Source: Lama guanicoe
Taxonomy: Eukaryota
Direction of reading: 5' to 3'
Length of the DNA: 64,000 nucleotides
Assembly (NCBI GenBank): GCA_013239625.1
Contig: MU053652.1
Location: 2,916,001-2,980,000, forward strand
Below the pieces are notes generated by a model. That model saw only the letters and a list, made by a program, of their open reading frames with translations. It had not been told where the DNA came from and did not search any database. The translations under genes were made by a program, and so were the position numbers. Positions 48,301 to 58,678 of this stretch are shown here, in pieces; the stretch's first letter is position 1, and each line of letters starts with the position of its first letter.

Positions 48301-50899
48301 CCAAAAACAGAAGCTATCGTTAGTTTTCAGAGTACCTTTCCATCCACTTCTCAGTTCATTCTGGCCTTCACCCTGAAAAGGCACTTCAAAGTCCTGCTCC
48401 ATCTAATAAAACAAAGGGCATTTCTGGAGTGCTTTAAAAATTACAAGTGTTCTGTTTTACTGAATCCCACATGCCCCTAAAAACCACTGCGGTATACGAG
48501 TTTGTATTGTCATTCTCTGTATATCGGCATGCTAAGGCTCAGCAAAATTAAATGATTGACCAAATCATTTAATCCCATAACTAGCGAATAGCACAGCCAG
48601 GACTTCAACGTACAGCCACAGCTGCAAAACCTGCTCTACTTACTCACCTGCCTCCTGCAAGAAAGTACTCATTAAAGGCATGTACGTTAACAGAATGGCT
48701 TCCAGCTGGTAGTATGCAGCACCGTCCAACCAGTAACAGTTGCATCTTCAGTCCGGTGGAAATAATCCTGGTGCCTGTAACATTTTGAAGCTGCCTTCTT
48801 AAAGAAGTGTCACAGTCACATGCAGTTGCCTTGTGAAATCCTCAAGCCCCAAGGGACGTTAATCTTAGTCCAGTTTTCTCCTGCAAGAACGGACTGGCAT
48901 TTCACTTCAAGAACAGTGTGTTCCCACCGTTCCACTTTTGCCACACAGGAGTTACAGGTGTGGTTTATACTGATCCCCGTCTCAGGCTCTACCTTTCCTA
49001 TCAGATTTGGAAGGAAAAAAAAAAAATACAAAGACGGGCAACTTGCTCAGAAACGGCAGAAAGCATGGCAGCGCAGGCTGGATTTTGAAATGGAAACACA
49101 TTCTTGTGGCTTGCGGGCTGAGAGACACTAAGGAAGGATTTTGTTCTCAAAGGTGATTGTTTTAATGCTGGAGATGGAGAGTTTAACAGTTTTAAGTGTG
49201 TGTTCTGTGTGTAAGGAAGAGTTGTTAAAAAATAGCATTCCTTTCAAATGACACAATACCTTAAAATTATCAATAGTTAAAAATAGAAACGCCCTGACTT
49301 ACAGAAATTGAGCCCTGCCGTATTGTGGCCTGGAAAGACAGAACAATCAAGTCGATTGTTGGGGACTCTGGAGGATATGGAGGAGTAGAATCATGCTCAT
49401 GTACACTGAGTAAACTCTTTGCTTGTGGTTGAATGTCGCTGAGAGACTCAGCAAAGTCAGCAGATACCATCTGCTGTCATCCGTCCTGGAAGGAGAACGA
49501 ACACGCCCCTGTTAACTTATTAGCTGCTTTTTCCCACCCCCCTACTCGGCAACAGTGCAGTTTTTCCCCACGTTAATTTGATAGCCCGTCTCCCCATGCA
49601 GACCTCTTTTTCAGGAAACTGGCCTCTTGCTTTAGAAGACTGTATACAAACAGAGGCCCAGACTCAAGATCTGTATCTCTGTGTTTTGTTGAAGTCATTT
49701 AACAGTCACCAACTATGGACCTCAGTTTACAACCTCAAGGGCGTACAAACTTCGGGGAAGTATATTAGTGACCGAGCCCTAATACCGAGTATTTTGCTTG
49801 ATACTCTTTGTCTGCTAAAAATGCCTTCTCACGTGAAGAGACATAGATGGGAAAGAAAATACCTACCTTCGTTCTTCTGCTGAAGTTTTTGAAAAGCATC
49901 CTTAAAGGATAATGCACAAAACTTACCGTATCTATTCATTTCTGCTAGAGGGGAACACAACAGTGTGGTTGTGTACATAGTTCGTGTATGTGCGTGTGAC
50001 ATATACTTCATGTATGAGGTACATGTATCTTATCAGACATAAGTAAAAGGAAGAAATTCATTCTTCAGGGAAAAATTTTCCCCATAACTGAAGTGTCAAT
50101 CATTTGAAAATAAAACTTCTCAGTGGCAGCAGGCAAAAGCTGTGACTAGTCATTCGTAAAAGAAACAAGCAGACCTTTTTGTTCTGGATTTTAGACTTTG
50201 TAACTGATGGGAATAATCTGGCTGCATCTTGCAAACTTCAGAGACTGATGTTGTCAGTTACAGCAGCATATCCAGAAGGATGCAGTGGGCCCCTAAATTA
50301 ATCACAAATTTAGTGAAAGAGGTATCTGAGAGTGCCAGTGATTTCTTGTGTCTCTTTTTCAGGTTTAAATGCTTGACTTTACTACCCGGTGAAGATATTT
50401 TACTGCCTGTCACTTGACAAAGTGTGTGTATTTCTTTGCAGTTAGTAAACTGCTGCATCTTTGAGGAATCGATTGCCACGCATCTCGGCATCCCATAGCG
50501 TTCTAGTCCTTTATTCACAAAGAAGGATGAGCTAGCCTAGTGCGGTAGGCACGTGCAGCGGTGCTTTTCCACTGTGAAGGATGTGTCTGCGCGGGGATCT
50601 CCTGATGAAGGGATAAGTGGCCGAGCCCATCAGGAGTAAGAACATGAATTAGACCTGAGCTGAGCGCCCTGCCCCTCCCGGTTTATGAGCGTCCTGTGAG
50701 CCCACTGGAAATCGTCAACCACAGGCCCGTTGTAATTGGATGTTCTTCCCACACTCATTTCGAGATTGTAAACGAGAGCGACATAGGAGGGAAGTCAAAA
50801 GGAGGCATGAAGTCTCTTAATTTATGTAAGCAAAGAGAACAGACTGAGTTAATGGCACAGCCAGGATTAGAGTCCCTTCTCAAAAGGTGATGCTGTCAT

Positions 50900-51355
50900 G
50901 ATAAAACCAAAAGAAGGTGAGGGGATATTTTAGGTTAAAAGAAACCAAAGAGTCTTAGTGAGTGAACATTGATGGGATCTGGGTTCGAAAACAATTTCCA
51001 AACTACAAGGACATTTTTTTTTTTTTGGAGAGGGTGGGAAAAGTTGGATATAGGGTAGATGTTAGATGATACTAAGAAATTGTTCGTTGTCTTAGGTATG
51101 AGTGAGATACTGTGATTATATAGAAGAATGGCCTCATTTTTTAAGACCTGCTCAAGAAGTTAGGAGCGCAGTGTCAGGATGGTTGTGGATTTACTTTCAG
51201 ACCGTTCAGCAAAAAATAGACATACCTTACATGGAGATAACATCACTGAAGTGAAAGTGGCAAAAATGAACAGCTGTTGAATTTAGGTGGGATAAATTTA
51301 GGAATTCATAAGTCACTCAGACTTAATGTGTGTCTGAAATCTTTCGTAACAGTTT
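50900..51355 (+). mobile_element. Ancient L1 (L1MC/ME-like) 3' fragment
   Basis: GATGTTAGATGATACTAAGAAATTG...GATTTACTTTCAG...GTGGCAAAAATGAACAGCTGTTGAATTTAGGTGGG. Confidence 0.55.
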
Positions 51356-52191
51356 ACAAAACAGGATGCACATCTCTTTAGTTAGGTGTCCTGGATACAG
51401 TAAGTGCCCTCCTGGATCCCTGGAGCCCTAAAGGGACTGGCAGCAGGCTTCCTAATAAAAGGACACCAAGAACCATAATGGGAAGGAGAAAAGAACTGCA
51501 AAATAATCCACGGAGACCTGGGAGTACAGGGCCTCACCTTTGCAGTGGAAGGAGGAGAGTCTTAGGTGAAGCCAACAGAACTCCTCAAGTCACAGGTGCA
51601 GTCTGAGGAATTCCCACTCTGGAAAAAACATTAGGGTCTCATTAGCACCAATATATTACCCTGCTTCTGAGCAATTCCACTGTCCTCTTTAGACCCCTGG
51701 ATCATAGTCATCCTTTGAATCAAAGTTATTTTCAAATGAAAGCACTGGGTTGAGGGAAGTGCTTTCCTGAACTGCCCCCAGGGCGCCTGCTTAGGCTGTG
51801 CCGCTTGCACGTGTGTGGTAAGGTTCTTTGGCACCACTTTGAGCTACCCTGCTCCTGGGCACTGTGACCCCTGGATCAGCTCTGGCCTCTTTACCCAAGT
51901 ACAGGACTTCCCTTGACCTCCCACCAGGAGGGAAGGGGTCGACGTGCGCTGGTTGCCTCTAAGTGATGAAACTGGACCTTTATCTGGGCAGCTCAAGGAC
52001 AGAGTCACAGGCACCCCCTGCCCCGGACACCAGATTCGGCGATAGCAGTGTGTGCATGTATGAGATTTGCTAAAGCTGTTTCAACCACAAAGTGAATATC
52101 TCCCAAACAGGGTTCCAACTTTTTCCTTTCTAGGTTGTCTGGAGTTTGTTTTAAGAAAACAGTTCTGAAGAAAAAACCGATCATGAAGCTT

Positions 52192-52272
52192 CTTCAGGAA
52201 GCTGGTTTCATATGGTGGTTTAGATTTAAATAGTGATTGTCTAGCACCATTTGAAATCAGTGTTCTTGGGGG
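52192..52272 (+). ncRNA. MIR29B1: pre-miR-29b-1 hairpin (5p 52201-52224; mature miR-29b-3p 52242-52264)
   Basis: CTTCAGGAAGCTGGTTTCATATGGTGGTTTAGATTTAAATAGTGATTGTCTAGCACCATTTGAAATCAGTGTTCTTGGGGG matches the mammalian miR-29b-1 precursor as I recall it. Mature sequence is TAGCACCATTTGAAATCAGTGTT. The loop TTTAAATAGTGATTG and 5p CATATGG distinguish it from miR-29b-2. Confidence 0.98.
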
Positions 52273-52584
52273 AGCCCAGCTGCGCTACCAGCGGCAAAAG
52301 GAACGAACGGGTCGAGCCCTGAAGAACCTGAAAGCAGAGACCAGACGGTGAGGAAGGCCTGCGGCTGGTCCGCTCCCCGCCCTGCCAGCAGTGAGCGCTG
52401 GTGTCACCGCAGCAGGTTAACGATGGGGGTGTCTTATGACTACAACTTGACACTCCTACCTTCTGCGGCACTTTTCCTGTAATATCAACTCCGTCGTGCG
52501 TGGGTTAAAGGGCCCAGCGTACTGCGGATTTATTCATCTTTGGGCCCTTCCCAACCCTCACATCCTCCTGTGACCCCTTAGAGG

Positions 52585-52648
52585 ATGACTGATTTCTTTT
52601 GGTGTTCAGAGTCAATATAAATTTCTAGCACCATCTGAAATCGGTTAT
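52585..52648 (+). ncRNA. MIR29A: pre-miR-29a hairpin (5p 52588-52609; mature miR-29a-3p 52626-52647)
   Basis: ATGACTGATTTCTTTTGGTGTTCAGAGTCAATATAAATTTCTAGCACCATCTGAAATCGGTTAT. Mature TAGCACCATCTGAAATCGGTTA has the C at position 10 diagnostic of miR-29a. It lies 312 nt after miR-29b-1 on the same strand, in canonical cluster order. Confidence 0.98.
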
Positions 52649-53869
52649 AATGATGGGGGAAGAGCACCGTGCAGCCGAGTAACGAGAGGAAATATACTGG
52701 TGACCTCTGAGGCCATGGATGAGAAACAAGAGAACAGAAACACCCAGGTGGTTTTTCTTCTTTCAGTTTTGGAGTTTCCTTGCCCTGAATTACGTGTGTT
52801 TTAATGTTAATGAGTGGTTAACTATTAGCGTATTGCTAACGGCTGTATTTTAGAGGAATTCCACAGAACCGGTGGGGATGTTTGGGTTGATGCTGGGTAC
52901 CTAGGCAAAGTGGGTAAAGTCAACACCTCGGTCATTTGCGGGGCGCCGCAGGGGGTAAGTTCTGCTGGCCGCTCGAGACTGGTGTGACCTCGCCTTCCAA
53001 CACGCTTCTGCCTCGGAGGAGTGGAGCTCATTCCATTCAACCAGGTCACTTTCTTAAAGGCTCAAGTGGGCTAGAAGTTTAATCCAAGAAGACACATGAG
53101 GGAAAATGGCACAGATAACTAGGTTTCTGTGTCTAGGACAAGACCAAGTTAATACTTACAGTCAATTTAGAAAGCAAGGTGAAGAAAGCTCCAGGTTGCA
53201 CTTGAACTAAGTTTCCTAAATTTTACCTCCTTGCTATGGAAGGGAAATTGTGAGACTGAGAGCAAGACTGGGCTTCCCAGGTCCAAGCAGGGGGGCGAAG
53301 AGGCTCAAGGATGAGCTGTCTCAGCCACTCCTGCTCTGGGGGTCCCCTGCTGCTGGTTTAGCCAGGGGGCAGCCTGCCACCCCGCCTGCTGTCTCCATGT
53401 GCCGTTCTGGAGATGGACGGGCCCCTGCTGGAACTCCATGCCTTAACCTTCCGTTTTCTCTCTGGGCCGGAGACACTGCATGGCCTGACCATCAGGTGAC
53501 ACCTTACCTGCTTCACAAAGGTCAGGTCGCCACCTCCTTCCCTTCCCCACCCACTGTACCTTTCTGCCCTCCCGCTGCCCGTTTGTCCAGGAAAGTCCTC
53601 GCACCTCAGGGCTAAGACTTGGAATTTGTAGCCAAAACTTTTTGCCACTCAAATCAGGTGAGACCTTCATGTCATCTTTTTCCGTCCTGTGGCTATTTTT
53701 TCCCCAGAACTCTGTCTTTTGCTTTCTTACCTGCTCTGCTTTCCCTGAATGATCTTACTTATTACTCCTCTGGTTCCAGATACACCAGCCACGCGATCAT
53801 TTCCCCTGAACCAGAGCTCTTGCCACCAATATTTTTCAGAACTCCTTGTTTCCAAATTTCCGGATGTTT

Positions 53870-54175
53870 TCCGTATGAAGTGTCTGCCCAGTGGAGAGGC
53901 CCACGTGGCAAGAAACTGATGTTTTCAGACAGCAGCCCGTGAGGACCCTGCCAAGAGCCACGTGAGTGAACTTGGAGATGAATCCTCCCGCATAACTGCA
54001 GGTGCAGGAGCTCCAGCCACTCCAGCCAAAACCTTGGCTGCAGCCTGCCTGTGAGGGACCCTGAGCCAGAGGACCCCGTTCTTCTGACCCAGAAATCGTG
54101 ACACGACACAAGTCCGTGGCTTTAGGCCACGGCGTTGTGGGGTTGTTTCTTACGCAGCAGTGGACAGCCATGCAG
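53870..54175 (+). mobile_element. MaLR LTR fragment (MLT1E/F-like)
   Basis: GGAGAGGCCCACGTGGCAAGAAACTGA...GCCACGTGAGTGAACTTGGA...GACCCTGAGCCAGAGGACCC...TTTAGGCCAC...TTACGCAGCAG. Confidence 0.75.
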
Positions 54176-56109
54176 CTCATAGTACACATACCTAGACTCA
54201 AACTTTCTGTTTACAGGACCTAACTTTTTAGATAAACTTTTTGTTGCAAGAATTTTAGATTTGAAGAAAAGGTACAAAGAGGACAAAAAAGCTTCATCCA
54301 GTTTCTGCTGTTACATTGTATGTAACCACGGTACAATGTCAATACGAAGAAACCAACGTCAGTGTCTTACTGTTAGCTAAATTTCAGGCTTGCTTCACAC
54401 ACCTCTCGTTTTTCCACTACACTAATGTCCTTTTTCTATTCCAGGATGGTTGTCAGATTTTTAATAGCCTCGTAGATACCACACTCCATAACTCTTGTGT
54501 TTTTGTGTTTGTGTATGTGGGTTTGTGTGCAGAGAAAGAGAGATAAAATACATATATGTTTGGTAAAATTTGGGAGATCTACCCATTGGTAATAAAGGAA
54601 TACTAGTGAAGTCTTTAATTAGGGGCCTTTTTTATAAGTATTTGGAAAAATAACTATTACATTAACTTAACTGAAACCTTCTACTATGTGAGGTTACTGA
54701 GGGGCAGGTGGGACTGGGTCCAAATAAACGATAAGACCCTAACAAGTCACAAATACTTTTAAGAAGTCAAATATACCTCACTAAAAAGCAACTGTGTTTT
54801 AATAAGCTAAAACCTTTAAAATTTTCATTTATTAATAAGAGTATTGAATATTAGGAGATTCACAGATGGTTACTTTGCATTATGAAGTTGATATAAATCA
54901 ATTTTAATTAGTATAATATGCAAATACTTAATTTCCTTCCAACTATTTAAATGGAAACTATTCAACTAAGACTACTAATGTGCATTTTTCTGAATTCCCA
55001 CACAGTGTGATCCTGGCAAGTCGCTTGATCTTTCTGGGTTTTTCTTTTGATGAATTTATATTAACTAGAATTTTACAACAAAGTAATCGTGTACTACAAC
55101 CACTTAACAGTTGTAAACATTTTGCAAACAAAACTCCGTGTAAAAGTTTAACAAAACTAACTATTCTCTAATGGTTTAGACATTAGCTGCATTATTTTGC
55201 AGCATAGTTCCAAGTGATCCTTAAAGAGCACTCCATATAAAAGTAAAACTTTAAGGGAAGAATGAGTGATGTTGCTTAAATAAGAAAGGACGTCCCATTT
55301 CTACAAACACTCTCCCACTTGAATGTTTTTAACTAGGGTGTATAAATGAGGAAACCAGGTGGCTTGGGAGAAAAGAAGCTTTGGCTAGATCCTAAAAAGC
55401 CATTAAGTGAGATAGGGTTTTTTTAATTTTCTTGGTAACCTACCAAAAAGCCCAAATAAACAAACCATTAAAAAAAAACAAAGAAATTTGAATTCTGAAA
55501 ATAAGGTACACATGAGACCCCAAGTCTTAGTGGCTGAGGTTTGCTTCTTGGCTTGACTCCGAGGGGTCAAGTTCTTCTTTGTGGCCAGAAGGACTTACCT
55601 GATTTTCAGTAATTGACTCCTGAAAAAAAAAAAACAGACAATAGGAGATGCTGCAGAAGGAGGGGGTGCCAAGAAGAGAGAAATGAAATATGATTGGGGA
55701 GAAAGGAGCAAAACACAGTGTCACCTCGTTTACAAGCCGTCACTTCCCAGAACTCTGAATTCATTAAATTTTCTGCACCTCTTTGCTTTGAAAGTGTCAA
55801 ATGACAGGAAAGCAAGCTGTTAAGTTTACTGCAGAAGTGCATGCATAAACATTTCTAATATTATATTTTGAGGTTAGTACATAATTCATTCCTGTCTGTT
55901 GTGCCTAAAATATAATCTTGGCTATTCAGAATGATGACTGATCCTCAGAAACTGTGGAAAATGTAAACCATCGACGGCTTCCATTTTATCATCATCCTGT
56001 GCTTACTGAAGCCAGAAGAATGTGTAAATATGCTGTGCAGGCTTTGTAAACAACTCCCACTTAGCCAAAATAGAATAAAATCTCTATACCCTATAGAATC
56101 TAGTATTCT

Positions 56110-56530
56110 TTAAATTTCATTATTGAGGGAAAAGTCACGTAACATAAAATTCACCATTTTAACCACTATACAGTGTACGATTCAGTGGGTTTTGGTACAT
56201 TCATGATGTTCTGCAACCATCACCACTAATTCCAGAACATCTCCATCGCCCCCAAAAGACACTCCATAGCCGTTAAGTGGATACTGCTCAATCCCACCTC
56301 CACCTCACACCTGGCAGCCACCGAGCCGCCTTCTGTGGACTTGCCTGTTCTGGACATTGATTCAGATGGATTTGCACAGTGCGTGCCGGCTCCATTCACT
56401 TGGAGTAACGTTGTCAAGGTACATTCCTGTCGCACTTCACTCCTTTTCTGGCTGAATCATACTCCACTGTATGGGGGGGACCACGTTTTGTTTATTTGCC
56501 CTCAGTTTGATGGGCATTTGGCTCGTCGTT
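56110..56530 (-). mobile_element. L1MB-like 3' end
   Basis: CATAAAATTCACCATTTTAA...GTACGATTCAGTGGGTTTTGGTACATTCA...TGCAACCATCACCACTAATTCCAGAACAT is a typical L1MB 3' UTR in antisense. Confidence 0.75.
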
Positions 56531-57282
56531 CTTCACATGTGCATTTTTATTTCTGTCACTGGCGCGCCACGTGTCCGCAGACTGTCACGTCAGACAGTGC
56601 CGGTCCTGCAATAACAAAGGGCCTCCTCCGCCTCCCCACAAGCAGCCACTTTCAGCCCATTTGTTTCTTCTGATCATTTTCCTCCATTTAAACAGCCCAG
56701 CCTGTTTCTTCTGATTTTTTCCCCTCCATCTCAAATGCTCAGATTGCTCTCTCTTCATTTGGCTTTTTTTTTTTTTAACTTCTTCTATTGTGGGAGTTGA
56801 GGATTTAGGCCTAATACCTCCAAGTAGGTACATTCTCCTCCATTTACCTTTACAGTTTAGTTTGAGCAAGATTTTTGGTTAAATCAAGAATTACTGTTGA
56901 TAATTATATCCTGTTGACAGCATAGCCACATAGTTTTACGTGTCCTTTCAAAATTTAATTCTGAAATTAGTAATTCCATGATTTTAATTGGCTTAATTCT
57001 CTACATCTTTAGTTATTTCCCAGTCTTTACTGTAGAACCGTAAGACCATCTCAGCATTTTCAGAGCCAGCACAGAATTGCTCAGTTGCATTCTTTCTTGG
57101 AGCTGTGTGTCCTCCTGTGGTGATCCGGGCTGGCTGCCCTCTGGGCGTGGTTCCCAGCCGTCATCCCAGGACTTAACTGCATTCTCGTCCTGGAAATTCC
57201 CTTGCCTCTCTCCTGGGTTGGAGTCCCCACCCTGGATCCTGGCATGTTTCTTGCTTTACTTTTAACTCTCATCCTCTCCCCT

Positions 57283-57328
57283 CTTTCTTTTCTTTCTTTC
57301 TTTCTTTCTTTTTCTTTTTTTTTCTTTT
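57283..57328. repeat. (TTTC)n/T-rich tract
   Basis: Read directly. Confidence 0.85.
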
Positions 57329-58185
57329 GTGCACATTCTTCAGTGGTTTCCTAAGAAAGGATGACCAAGAGGTAATTTTTTGAGGCTTTTCATTTCACTC
57401 TTACATTTTATTAATTTGACTGGAATTCCTGATCGGAAAAAAATTCCCTTCAGACATTTATTTTCTAGCTCCCAGTGTTGCTGAGTTGTCTGATACAATG
57501 TGGATTTCTGGCCCCTTTTCTCTGGAAGTTTTTAGGAGATTCTGTTTATTCCTTGTGTTGTTTAAATTCCATAATTATGTGTGTGACACAGGTTTTGTAC
57601 ATTTATTTGGCCAGGCATCTAATGTCCCTTTCATTCATTCTGGAGGTTTATTCCTTCAACTCTCAACACAGCTCTTTATTTCTTTATTTGCACTATTCTG
57701 TCTTTCTGCAATTGTTATTTTTCCCATATTGGATCTCCTGGACCAACCCTGTATTTTTCTTATTTTTTTCCTTTTCAGTTTTCTGGTTTTTTGATCTTGT
57801 TCTACTTTCTGGGAAAATTCCCACCTGTGTTTTCAAAACTTAACACGAAGGAGAATTCTTACTTCTGCTAATAATGTGTTTAATATCTGGGAGTTTTTGT
57901 CTTTATTTTTTCTGCCTTTGTTCCTGTTTTGAGGATTCACCAATGTTTCTGAAGATATTAAATAGGCTTTTCCCTCTTAAAAGTTTTCCACGCCTTGCGT
58001 TGATGCCGTTTATTCCAGGTTCTTTGTGTTTTAGTTTTTGGTTTTGTCTTTCGTGGTAGAGGTTTGTTCGGGTGTCTTGTGATTCTTGGCTATCCATTCA
58101 TATTGAGGGCTGGGGGGCCTTAAAACTGTCAGAAGCTCTCTCTGCACTGGCAGGACTCAGCAGCTGGTGGGCTCATCTTAGGGTG

Positions 58186-58678
58186 TGTGATAGCCGAGTA
58201 ATAACCTTCAAAAATGTCCACATCCTAATCGCCAGACTCGGTGGGAATGCAAAAGGGACTCTGCAGATGAGATTCAGGTTAAGGCTGTTGGGACAGAGAG
58301 AGTAGCCTGCATTACCCAGGTGGGAGCAATCTCATCACGTAAGTCTTTAAAAGCAGAGAACGTTCCCCAGGTGTGGTCAGAGGGTGACGTGAGTATGGAG
58401 GAGAGGTCAGGGAAGGGCAGCGTTGCCGGCTTTCACGATGGAGGAAGAGGGCCCTGAGCCAAGGAATGTAGTTGGCCTCTAGAAGCTGGAAAAGGCAAGG
58501 AAACAGAATCGCCCCTGGAGCTTCCAGAAGGGAACGCAGCCCTGCTGACACTGATTTTACCCCAGCGAGACCTGTATCCGACTTCTGGCCTCCAGAATGG
58601 TAAAATAATGCATTTGTGTTGTTTTAAGCCATTACGTTAGTAATAATCTGTACCCAGCAGCAATAGAAAATGAAATCA
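58186..58678 (+). mobile_element. MaLR solo LTR, MLT1D-like, with perfect 5-bp TSD GGGTG
   Basis: TG...CA termini. Internal GAGCCAAGGAATG...CTCTAGAAGCTGGAAAAGGCAAGGAAACAG and TTGTGTTGTTTTAAGCCA. GGGTG at 58181-58185 and 58679-58683. Confidence 0.9.

Larger units (their letters stand above)
20330..52800 (+). ncRNA. Inferred pri-miR-29b-1~29a host lncRNA; boundaries uncertain
   Basis: The miRNA strand fixes orientation. The human host is recalled to start about 30-40 kb upstream. A TATA-like box with a nearby donor at 20299-20517 and several + strand splice signals fit. No transcript evidence is available here. Confidence 0.45.

Noticed and set aside
52192..52648. Assignment to the paralogous miR-29b-2/miR-29c cluster
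   Set aside because: Loop and 5p arm match miR-29b-1, and the second mature sequence has C at position 10 (miR-29a).
54560..55300. AT-rich block with AATAAA hexamers as the host poly(A) site
   Set aside because: AATAAA is expected by chance in AT-rich DNA, and no site stands out without 3'-end data.
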